Below, in pieces: positions 13,350-24,100 of a stretch of DNA of 64,000 bases. Position 1 is the first letter of the stretch, and every line of letters begins with the position of its first letter. This stretch comes from Sminthopsis crassicaudata (taxonomy: Eukaryota): positions 743,174,958-743,238,957 of the forward strand of contig NC_133617.1 in the NCBI RefSeq assembly GCF_048593235.1. Direction: 5' to 3'. Below the pieces are notes generated by a model. It did no database searches, was not told the DNA's origin, and was given only the letters and a program-made list of their open reading frames with translations. A program made the position numbers and the translations under genes.

Positions 13350-13900
13350 TAGAAAAAGAACAAATTAAAAGACCCCAATTAAAACACCAAATTAGAAATT
13401 CTTAAACTCAAAGGAGAGATTAATAAAATTAAAACTAAGAAAACTATTAAACTAATAAATAAAACTAAGAGTTGATTTTATGAAAAAACAACAAAATAAA
13501 TAAACCTTTGGTTAATTTGATTAGAAAAAGGAAAGAAAAAACCAACTCACCGGCATCAAAAATGAAAAGGGTGAACTTAGCACCAATGAAAAAGAAACTA
13601 AAGCAATAATTAGGAGCTATTTTGCCTAACTGTATGGCAGCAAGTCTGATACCTAAACCAGGAAGAGCCAAAACAGACAAAGAAAACTAGTTCATCTCAG
13701 TGGTTCAGTGATCCAAAGCAATCCCAATAGGACAGAAAATGGCAAATGCATCCAGAAAAAGAACTATAGAGACTGAATGTAAATAAATCAACATGTGCTA
13801 TGTTTACTTCTTTTTTCTCTCTCACATGGTTTTTCCCTTTTACTCTGATTTTTCTCTCCTAACATGATTCATAAAGCAATGTGTATCAAAAATAATTTTA
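13350..13900 (+). mobile_element. Internally deleted L1 fragment (ORF2 linker, short RT piece and 3' UTR)
   Basis: A-rich ORF2-like sequence (AAAGGAGAGATTAATAAAATT...ATTAGGAGCTATTTTGCC) is joined to CTGATACCTAAACCAGG and then to a marsupial L1 3' UTR (GCATCCAGAAAAAGAACTATAGAGACTGAATGT). Confidence 0.7.
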
Positions 13901-14266
13901 AGAAAAGGAATAAAAGGATGAACAAATGAATGAACACCGCTCTTCCAAATACAACAATATCCAATAAAAAAGCATTAATGCCCACAGTAATGGCCAAGTG
14001 AGAAGATACAACAGCAGCATCCTTGCAAACTTCCCTGTCTGTTTTCTTACTGAATCTCACCATGTTGGTTCAGCTCTTTGACCATCCTTAAGATGGGAGT
14101 ACTGAGCTAAATAACCAATTGACTCTTCCAGAGTTGACTTAATGGGGGAGACTTGGACTTGAATTGGTGCAGTGGTCCTTGGAAAGCTCTAGACCCACTT
14201 TTCCCAGCAGTCCCTGGTACGTGCCCCCCCCCCACCTGGCCCAGGTACGTATCCCTTCCACCTCAC

Positions 14267-14396
14267 CTAGGTAAGTGTAGCGCCGGTTCATGATGGCCTC
14301 GTCATTCAGCTTGAAGTACATGTTGTCTGTCAGGTTCAGGACCTTGACTGTCCCTGCCCAATAAAAAGAACCCGGTGCTCCCATCACAACCAGCTC
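14267..14396 (-). CDS. ITGA9: ITGA9 exon 6: ELVVMGAPGSFYWAGTVKVLNLTDNMYFKLNDEAIMNRRYTYL(G)
   Basis: Acceptor ctctttggcag|GAG and donor TAG|GTGAGG. 130 nt; GAPGSFYW motif and NLT sequon. Confidence 0.97.
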
Positions 14397-16262
14397 CTGC
14401 CAAAGAGAATCACAAGGACAGGAGTAAGGGGAGGCTGGCAGGAAAGGGCCCAGCCGGACCAGCTTTCGAGGCCCCTCGCCAGGCTGAACACAGAGATTTG
14501 TCCTGAGCTGCATCAAGGCCCCTGAGGAGCAGAGGGAACCCGGAAAACAGTGGTTCAGGGGCGACTTCACAGGTGGGGAGCCTTTCCTATGTCACACAAG
14601 TACTCCAGGACCATTGCAAAGGAGCCAGACAGAGAGGAAAGAACGCCGGCTTTGGAGGCAGCAAGTCTGGGTCAACTCCTGGGTTGGCAGCCTGGCAAGT
14701 CCTCAGTTTCACCATCTGTATAATAGGTGCTCCACCTTTGTGGTCTGGCCCTAATGAAAGCCCAGGACAGCTCACCCGTAGGAAGGTGACTCAGCCATCC
14801 CAAGTGGGCAAGATTTAGCCACAGCGAGTTCCCTGAGGGACGTCGGCCCCAATTGGACCGATGAGATGGATTGATGAGAACACTTAGGTTAAGTGACATG
14901 GCCACAGTCACAGAGCTAGTAAGCATTAGAGGCGGCATTCAAACCCAGACCTTCAGACCGCTGGCTCAGTACCTCAGGGTTGTGACCTGTATTGGAGCCC
15001 GGGAACTGGGGGTTCTGTGCTGCCAACATTTGGAGGTCACCTCCTCACCTTCCAAACCCACACAAGTCATTAGTCCCACATTAAGGAGAAGAGAGACAGA
15101 CAGCGAGAGGCCGGGGAGTGGAGGCGGCGAGGGGGGCGCGGACGACCTGCAGCGGGCAGAGAGGCAGAGGCTCTCAGGAGCAGCCACGGGAAGTCATCAG
15201 CAGCTGCTGCCTCCCCCACTATGGGCCTCTCCCCCCAAAACCCCAACAACCCCATTATGGGAGGCAGTCGGGAGGCCCGGCAGCTAAGCCCTGGGCCCAA
15301 AGGCAGGCCTGAGTTCAAACACAGCCTCGGACATTTACCAGCTGCACAATCCTGGGCAAATCACTCAGTCTGTTTAATTTCCTCGACCATGAAGCGAGAA
15401 TTATAATAGCGGCTCCTCAAGGCTGTTCTGAGAATCAAATGAGACAATATTTGTAAAAATGCCTGCTTAGTGCAGGGCCTGGCACACAGCAGATGCTCAA
15501 TAAGTGCTTATTCCTTTCCTTCCCTCCACTTAACTGACCCAGCCTGGGGCTTTCAGCTTGGGGGGATCAGCCTTGGAGAGCACAGGGTCCTCGTGGACCC
15601 CCAGAGGCAACAGGAGAAGACCCCCAGAGTACCTTCCAATCACCCACACTCCTACGAGCTCAATGGCCCACCAAGCTCTCCTCCCCACACTGTTTGATGC
15701 ACCAGAGAACTCCTGGGGGTCTGTCTCTGCTATAGGCTGGCCCAGAAGCCCCCTTAGAAGGGCCTGGTCAGGGCACTAAGGAGGCAGAAAAGCATCAGAT
15801 ACATCGCAGAAATGGTCTCCCCCAAAGGGTGCAAGTTGTTTAAAAGGGCTAAGATGGCTAAATCCCCTGTTCTCTGTAAAATCATCAGCCCAAAGAGGCT
15901 CAGTGGCAGGGATTAAGGCAGCCAGCTTTCCTGGTGACAGGGAGTGTGGTGCAATGGTTAGAACAGTGGGTGCCAGTCCATGATTCTGATCGCTGGCAGA
16001 GCCTTTATATTTTGGAAGCTCCTTGCTCCATGGAGTTTGGCTACGATAGCACAGCACTGATTAAAAGCATCGTTCTGGAGGTTTCCTGGATCGCCATCAT
16101 GTATGAGTGACTGCGGGCAACAAGTAGGTCTGTGCCCAGGGTGTGAATATAGTACAATTGGATGGCGGAATTGTCTAGATCATTTTGAGAGTGCGATTCA
16201 TAATATAGGGATAATTGTGACACTTCTCACTGACAAAACTTACCATCCCTTGGGATCACTCC

Positions 16263-16349
16263 TTAAAATGCCCCGAGTTGGGACATCAACCCCTAAAGTG
16301 CCCCAGAGATAGGACATCATTCTTTAAAATGGCCCGAGTTGGGACATCG
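16263..16349. repeat. Degenerate ~31-bp tandem repeat x3 (TTAAAATGCCCCGAGTTGGGACATC)
   Basis: Copies at 16263, about 16293 and 16324. Confidence 0.8.
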
Positions 16350-19300
16350 CTGATTAGGTTTCTTGGTCTGTCTCTGACCTTTCCTGCCTGTGGGACAACA
16401 GGCAAGTGATAGGAAAAATTAGAGCCTTGGACTAAATGGCCTCTGCGGTCCCACGGACCTCCCCCTCTATAATGTCATCGCCTCCTTGGGCTGCAGAGGT
16501 CGGACCAGATGGTCACTGAGGCCGTTTCCAGCCCTCGGATCCTGTGAGAGATCCCTGCACTTCTTCACTATGGAAACTCTGTACAAAGCAACGTGGCGCT
16601 TGGGGCCCAGAGAAGAGCAGGAAGGGACTGAGGCCGTCCAATCCAATTCACTCATTTTACCGATAGGGAAACTGAGACCTGGACCCGAGACCCGGAGGGG
16701 CTAAGGCTGTAGGTGACGAAGCCAGGAGCAGAACCCAAATTCTAGCCCGTGAGATGCCAGCTCCCAGAGGCCCACAGGGCAGACCGTATCCCAGAGGACC
16801 TGGGCCTGTGAAATCACGGCCTCAGAAGGGAAATCCACAGCCCGGCTCTGAGAGTGGCAAAGTGGAAAAGCAGCAAGAGCAGGAAGGAAAGGCGGCTTCG
16901 AATGCAGTGCCCAGGGCTGAGAGAGCGTGGGAAACAGAATGGGACGGGGCACTAGGCGAGCCCTCCGGAGAGTCACCACCATCATTCAGGAAGGAGGGAA
17001 CTGGGGCCGGTTAAATATGAAACTGCCGACCCGAGGCTCTGGGAGGGCCCGTCACAGAGGAAGCCTCCTGTGACAAATGGCCGGCACCTTCCTTCCCTGG
17101 GGCTTCCTCCCAAGAGCTCCCCAGCTGCAGATGCTGGAACATCCTACTCTGGGCGCAGAGTCTCTCTGTCTCAGGACAGAGAGGAAGAAGACATGGTCAA
17201 TTCAAATCAGAGTGGGGGGCCTGGGGTGTTGGATCTGTGGGGGAAGCCCCTTCCTCTAACCACCAGGGGACCGCCAATCTGCTCCTCAAAGGGATCTCGG
17301 GGCCATCCGGCGCCCTCATCCACAAATGGGGAAACTGAGGGGACCTGGGTGCCGGGTTAAAGTCCAGGATGGCGTGGACTTTAAAGACCCCTCAAGGGGA
17401 CAAGACCCTTTGACCACATCCAGTGGAGCTCAGCCAGCGTTCACCTGGAGACCTTGCAGGCCGGCGCCAGCCCACAACAAGCCTCCCCCTGCCCTCTGCT
17501 CCTCTTCCTCACACTCCCCTTCTAGAACCTGGGGAAAGCTGGTGTGACCTCCCTGAGATCTTCCCAGACCCGCCACACTGCTTCCACACGCTGTCCCCCA
17601 TCTCCCAGCTTCCAGCTCCAGCTTTGGGAGTCAAATAGAAAAAGCCAGGACGATCTTGCTTTTGTCTTGGTGGATCTGGGCTCCTCACATAATGCCGTGC
17701 ATACAGTAGGCACTTAATAAATGCTTTCTGAATTAAACTACGCCTTGAGGTCCCTGTCTGTCAGGATGACTCTCCATAAAGGTCTTCTAGACTCATGGCT
17801 ACTCACTGTAACTCTAGAGGACCAGTAATGGAAAATGGCTCACATACAATAGGTGCTTAATAAATGCTTTCTAAATTAAACTACACCTTGAGCTCAGGGT
17901 CTCTGTCTGGCTCTCCATCAACCGTCTTTTAGACTCACGCTGTCGCTCTAGAGGAGCAATAATGGGAGAATGTCTAAGGGCCCCCACCCCCCCTAGGAAT
18001 GGGGCGTAAAATAAACGCGTGTTAAATAAAAACAGTAAAAGTTCCCCTGACCAGTGAAACAAAAGTGAGATGAAAAATGTGAGGCAAGAACGAGCCGGAG
18101 CCCGAGCTCCTCTCCAGGGCCACAGCTTGCAGACTGACCTGGGGGAACGGCCTCCGAGCCGAGCACGTGTTACGGGCCGCTGGCCGGTCCTGAGGGACCG
18201 CGCCACCCAGACCCCCAAGCTTAGCACCGGGGCAGCCCCTGGAGGGAGAGCGCGCGGCCGGATGCCCAAGGTACAGACCTGGGGAGCTGCCCAGCTGACC
18301 CCCATTTATCCACGTTTCCTGCTCCATATAAAACAGCTGAGGTCCAAGAGACGGAGGCAGCGAGTTCAAAGGCATCTCTGGAACAAAGGGAAGCGCCTGG
18401 GAACCCACGGCAGCTGCCAAGCACAGGGAGGCCAGGAAGCAGCTGCCTCTGGCCAGGGGCCCGCCAAAGGGAGGGGGACACATCCCCCCCACCGTCATCT
18501 GGGCCGCTCACCTCACGGCACCCCGGCCCGGTCCCCGCAGGCCATCAGCCACACCTGAGGTCCCCGCAGGCAGCTACAGGTAAGGGCTCTGGGAAGGGAG
18601 GAGGTGGAGGCCGGAGGTCGGAAGGGTATCTTAAAGGTCCAGAGCCTTTGAGGTCCTGGGGGCCTCCAGCAGAACGGTCACCATCACTTAGTGGGAGAAA
18701 GCTGCCCGCCACGACCCAGAGGCCGGGCAGTCCAGCCGGCTGCGCCCCCGACACCTCCTCCAGTGTATCCGTCCCAGGCCCGCTCCCAGGTCCCCTTCCT
18801 TTGCTCCCTCCATCAGGGCAGGGGCTGGCCCTCTCCACCCTCCGCATGGAGTCCGGCGCACCTGCTCATTGACCGCCCCCAAAAGTGGCTGGCAGACTCT
18901 GGGGGGCAGCTCCAAGGGCCAGGCTGTGAGCAGAGCACAGGCCTGAGTCCAAGTCCAGCCTCTGACTCTTAGGAGCTGGGTGATCCTGGCCAAATCATGT
19001 GACTCTCACCTGCTTCCTCCCGGGCCCCTCCTCCACCTTTGCCAGGGCAGCCCCAGAGAGAGTAGTGGACAAACTACACAAATGTGGGAAGAAAGGGGAC
19101 TCTCCCCCCTGCCCCCGCCTCTGCAGTTTCTACGGATGGCAACTAACTCTTCCCTCGGGGAGCCTGGAGTCCTCCTATTTTAACTGGGCCCCAAGGCCCA
19201 GCTCCTGCTAGCTCCCGCCGAGGCGGGTCCTCAGGGACACCTGGGCCAGCCCGCCCCGCCACAGTCAGCCCACGGGCCCAGAAGAGGCTCCCCTGGCTCC

Positions 19301-19612
19301 TTGGGCGACCGTCGTGGCCAGCTGGTGGTTCGGTACAAAGCCTGCCACCTTCCCTCTCCGCCTCCGCCCACTGGTGGCTCACTCTGGAGGCCGCAGGGTC
19401 AGTGCCGGCCTTCCCCAGGCCCCTCCGAGCCCCCCAGGGCCCCCAAACTGTGGCTCCCTCCCCCGTGGCCCAGCTGTCCTCGAGCAGCCAGACTTGGGAG
19501 GGCCCGGAGGCCATGGCACCTCGCCTCCGGATGAGCAGGCTGAGGCCTCCCAGACTGAAAGGAGAAGCCCCGGCCCAGGACCCCGGCCCCCACGCCCCCA
19601 GACACTACTCAC

Positions 19613-19680
19613 GTTGGTGAAGAAGCCCGCTATCCCGGCCTGGCACGAGCCGTGCTCCTCCCCGTACTTCTTCTTATACT
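19613..19680 (-). CDS. ITGA9: ITGA9 exon 5: (E)YKKKYGEEHGSCQAGIAGFFTN
   Basis: Acceptor ctccctccag|AG and donor AAC|GTGAGT. 68 nt; carries the conserved GSCQAG motif. This frame is not called in the ORF track. Confidence 0.96.
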
Positions 19681-22170
19681 CTGGAGGGAGAAGGGAGAGG
19701 AAGCCATGGAGAGGTCAGTCCTGGGCTCCTCTCCAGGGCCCCGTGAAGCCCCGGACCACCGGCCAGAGGAGGGAAGGAGGGCGCCTCGGGAGGGCCGTCC
19801 CACATGGAGGACACAGCTCATGGGCACTGGGAGGTTGGCCAGGACGTCCGACCTCGGCCCTTTCCTTGGGTCCTCGTGAGGGTCCTGTGACACCCATGCC
19901 CAGGGGAGGCCTCGGGCTCAGCCTCTCCCCCGGGGCCAGAAGCCCTTTTGTTTCCTACACTTCTTCCGGTGATCTGGGCCTTCTCCTTCCTTCTTCCCCC
20001 CATCCCGGCCTCTATAATCAGGCCCCTCCTGGCCCTCCACAGCATCAGCCGCCTCTATTTCCTAAAAGTCCTCTTCAGTTTTGTGGGGCTGTCACCATGG
20101 AAATGACACTGACCCTGCTTCCGTCTCTGCAGGGGTCAGGGCTGGGGGGGAGGGGGGTCTTTGCTGAATGCTTTTTTCCTCCACCTTATTTCATTAATTG
20201 CCAGGTTAAGAATTTGCAGAGGGGAGGAGGAGGACAGACTGGGGAAGGATACAGCAACAGAAGCTGAGACCTTAGAGGAATCAAAAAACCCATAAATGGG
20301 ACCTAAGGGACCCGGCCTTCCTCCAGGGCCAGCCTGCTGCCCCCGGCCCCCCCACGTCTCTGCCCGTGGCGGGCATGGACGAGCTTTGGGTGCCGCTCCA
20401 CCAGGTCACAAAGCAGAGGGCACAGAAAGCGAGGTGAGGTCACGGCCCCAAGGAGCCCTTTCCCCAGGGTGTGAAAAGTCCAGGAAGTGCCAGGGTGGAG
20501 GTGGTGGGAGAGGCGGGCGTGGTCCATCTGCCAGGGAGGGCTTTTCCTCCACAAACAATAAGTGCCCAGCTCCCCATCCCCCCTGGCTGCCCTGTGGCCA
20601 GCTCCCCATCCCTCCCAAGCTGCTGTGTGCCCATGTCCCCACCTCCCCTGGCTGCCGTGTGCCCCATCCCTGCCCCTGCCAGCAGTGGCTCCCCCAGCTC
20701 GCTGCGCCCAGACCCCCCGGGGAGGAGCAGGGGAGAACATCAGATTTCCCTCACGCCAGGAAGAACAGCAGCAGCTGACTGACGAATGTCCCTCTTCTGC
20801 CTGACTTCTGAGAACACGTCTGGGGAACCCACTGATCCCAAGTGGGGAAGCGCCAGGAGAAAGGTGCAGGGCAGGCCCCAGGCCCGGGGACGGGGGCTCG
20901 GCTGCTCCGGTCCGGAGAGGGCCAGGGAGCCGCCCAAGGAGGCTGAGGGTGCAAAGCCCTGGCTCCGAGCTGCCGGAACAGCCCCTCCTGCCGTTAACAG
21001 TTGGCCCCCTCTGACTTTTCCTGTGCGCCGACGACTGTGGAAACGCAGAGAAGAACTGCCCCAGTTTGACATTCACGGATCCCTTGCCATCTGCGGGGAG
21101 GGGAGACTTGGAGGTTATCTAGGGCTGTTTTGAAAATAAAAAGCTTGAACCAGAAAGAAAAACCTTAAAGCAGCGCCATGGCCGTCCAGGCAGCCGAAGG
21201 GTCCCAAAGCCCTGCACCGGCTCTCATTCAATGCTCACAAGCCTGTGAGAGATGGGCTGCTCTTGTGCCCATTTTACAGAACAAGAAACTGCAGGGGCCG
21301 GGCTTACGTGACAGGCCCAGGGCCACACAGTTCTGTCGGGGCAGGTCTGCGCTCAGTCCAACTCTCGGGGATGGAGCCGGTGGAGGCTTCAGTGGGGGAG
21401 GAGCGACATGGGAAATCCGGGTTCAGATCCCCCCGGGGGGGCTCTCATGGTCGCCCCAGCTCTGGGAAGGCAGCTTGCTCCAGTGGGTGACCACGATTGC
21501 TAATCCCCTTCTAGCTGCACAATTAGGAAGGGAAAGTGCGGTTGCCAGACCCTCGGGTTACATAACCGGCCCAACGGAACAAATCCAAGGTCCAGACTGG
21601 CCGCGGCCCAGGCCGAGCACAAGCAGCTCACGGCCCCCCTTCGGCCCTGGTCCTTTGTCCCTCTGGGCTTCGTCCGCAGGTCTGGGGGTCTGTTTGCTTA
21701 ACTTTCATTACAGCTGAGGAGACAGCCACTTTGGGGGGGGTTATATGTATTTTTTCATGGTTTTGTAATTTTAGTTTAACCAGAAAATAAAACAGCAGTG
21801 AGAAAAAAATAACTTTCCAACCTTAAAATATTTCTGAATTCCCAATGAGAGTGGAAAATCCAGATCCACAATGAGTAATGGGAGCTTCCTAACCACTGGA
21901 AAGAGGCATTTTTAAAAGTGGAAAAAGTTCTGCGGGAAACACAAACTGACAGCAAAACTTGAGATTCTGGGGGCCGGCGACGGCTGTGGGAGGCTGGCTA
22001 GTGCGTCGGTCAGCCTCCGGTTAGTTAGAGCCCAAACCATCCACACCGGGAGGGAAAGTGGATGAAAATCACGTTGTTCCAGTTATAAGGGGCAGCTGCC
22101 CAGGCGGCTCTGAAACCGGGCCGTAGGCACGGCTATCTGGCAGGGCGCTGCCATCGCCCCGAACCAGAGG

Positions 22171-22922
22171 GCCAGAGAGGGAGACGGGCAGGGCCAGAGC
22201 TGGAGACGGGCAGGGCCAGAGCTGGAGACGGGCAGGGCCAGAGCTGGAGACGGGCAGGGCCAGAGAGGGAGGCGGGCAGGGCCAGAGAGGGAGGCGGGCA
22301 GGGCCAGAGCTGGAGACGGGCAGGGCCAGAGAGGGAGGCGGGCAGGGCCAGAGCTAGAGACGGGCAGGGCCAGAGAGGGAGGCGGGCAGGGCCAGAGAGG
22401 GAGGCGGGCAGGGCCAGAGAGGGAGGCGGGCAGGGCCAGAGAGGGAGGCGGGCAGGGCCAGAGCTGGAGACGGGCAGGGCCAGAGCTGGAGACGGGCAGG
22501 GCCAGAGCTGGAGACGGGCAGGGCCAGAGCTGGAGACGGGCAGGGCCAGAGCTGGAGACGGGCAGGGCCAGAGCTGGAGACGGGCAGGGCCAGAGCTAGA
22601 GACAGGCAGGGCCAGAGAGGGAGGCGGGCAGGGCCAGAGCTGGAGACGGGCAGGGCCAGAGCTGGAGACGGGCAGGGCCAGAGAGGGAGGCGGGCAGGGC
22701 CAGAGAGGGAGGCGGGCAGGGCCAGAGAGGGAGGCGGGCAGGGCCAGAGCTGGAGACGGGCAGGGCCAGAGCTGGAGACGGGCAGGGCCAGAGCTGGAGA
22801 CGGGCAGGGCCAGAGCTGGAGGCGGGCAGGGCCAGAGCTGGAGGCGGGCAGGGCCAGAGAGGGAGGCGGGCAGGGCCAGAGAGGGAGGCGGGCAGGGCCA
22901 GAGAGGGAGGCGGGCAGGGCCA
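22171..22922. repeat. 22-bp minisatellite with two interspersed unit types (GGGCAGGGCCAGAGCTGGAGAC / GGGCAGGGCCAGAGAGGGAGGC), about 34 copies, intron 4
   Basis: Read directly; it produces the repetitive ALALPASSSGPARL-type ORFs in the track. Confidence 0.98.
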
Positions 22923-23924
22923 GCTGCCTGTCAATAACCGCCTGCCACGTGGGGCCGGCCCCAGGACTATTGCACACAAGGGAGTTTTTTCTGTTTGAAG
23001 AAATCCGAAGATCAGACCCCTCTGCCCCAGGCTCACACCTGAGACTCCCGTCACTCGGTGCTGGGACCGCACGGTCGGCTCCAGAGGAGTGGGGCTGCTT
23101 TATTCTCAGTCTTTGCATCTAGCCCAGGGCCGGGTCACACAAAGCCTCTAAGAAGTGATGGCTGATTGACTTCTTGGTGGATTATTGGCAGAACCACAGG
23201 ATAAAAGGCCACAAGCGTGTGCCCACCTCAGCCAAGACCTGTGACACCGAGAAAGCTCGGTCCGGTCCGCCTCTTCAGAGCTTCCTTTGCTCCCTGGTTA
23301 CGTTGGGAAGCAGCCGGGCCCAGGGACGAGCCAGGGAAGGAACCACTGGGAGGACTCCGTGACATCCACCCCGCGCCAGGAGGGGGGCAGCGGGGACGCC
23401 TCCAGTGCTGCTGCTCTCCGAGCTCTCTGTGGCTCCCAGGTTTCAGTCAGAGATCATTTCCAGGGAAACCAGAAGAGAGGAAGAGAAAGAGGGAGGCGTC
23501 TGCCTTCCTTCTGAGTCAGGGCGGGGGTCCCTCTCCCAGACGGAAAGCCCTGGAGGTACAGCAGCATTCGGGAAAGGGTGAGGAATATATGGAGTTGGGG
23601 ATCCGGGTTCGAATCTCAGCTCTGCTGTGTCCTGCCATCGAGTGAGTCCCTTCCCTTGTCCTCCTCTGCCAAGCAAATGGGTCGGAGCCGACGGCCCCCA
23701 AAGCCTCTGCCAGACTCAAACCAGATCCTCCTTCTGGCGCTGGTGTTGCTTTCACTGAGTCTCTTTTGCTGGGAAGGTCTGAATTCAAATCCCACCTCAG
23801 GCACCTACTAGCCGTGTGATTTTGGGCAACTTATTTAACCTCCTTCAGCCTCAGTTTCCCCATCTGTAAAATGGAGGCCACAAAAGCACCTATTTATATG
23901 GGGCTTTTTTGTTTGTTGTTTTTT

Positions 23925-24100
23925 TTTAATAGTTTTTTGTTTTCAAAATTCACGCAAAGATCATTTTCAACTTTGACCCCGGCAAAACCTTGTGTTCCAA
24001 ACGTTTTCTCCCTCCTTTCCGTCTCCCGCAGACGGCAAGTAATCCGATGTGCGCTAAACACACGCAGTCCTTCTGTACGTATTTCCACCGTGATCATTTC
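23925..24100 (-). mobile_element. L1 3'-end fragment (antisense to the + strand), GC-shifted
   Basis: Its reverse complement aligns by eye to the copy at 63770-63900 (GATTACTTGCC...TTTGGAACACAAGGTTTTGC..GGGTCAA.GTTGAAAA). Confidence 0.75.

Noticed and set aside
19314-21717. Several 150-317 aa ORFs in GC-rich introns 4-5
   Set aside because: No domain similarity recognised, overlapping ORFs in all frames, and a composition typical of non-coding GC-rich DNA.
22354-23118. Repetitive 254-aa and 158-aa ORFs (ALALPASSSGPARL)
   Set aside because: Translations of the 22-bp minisatellite.
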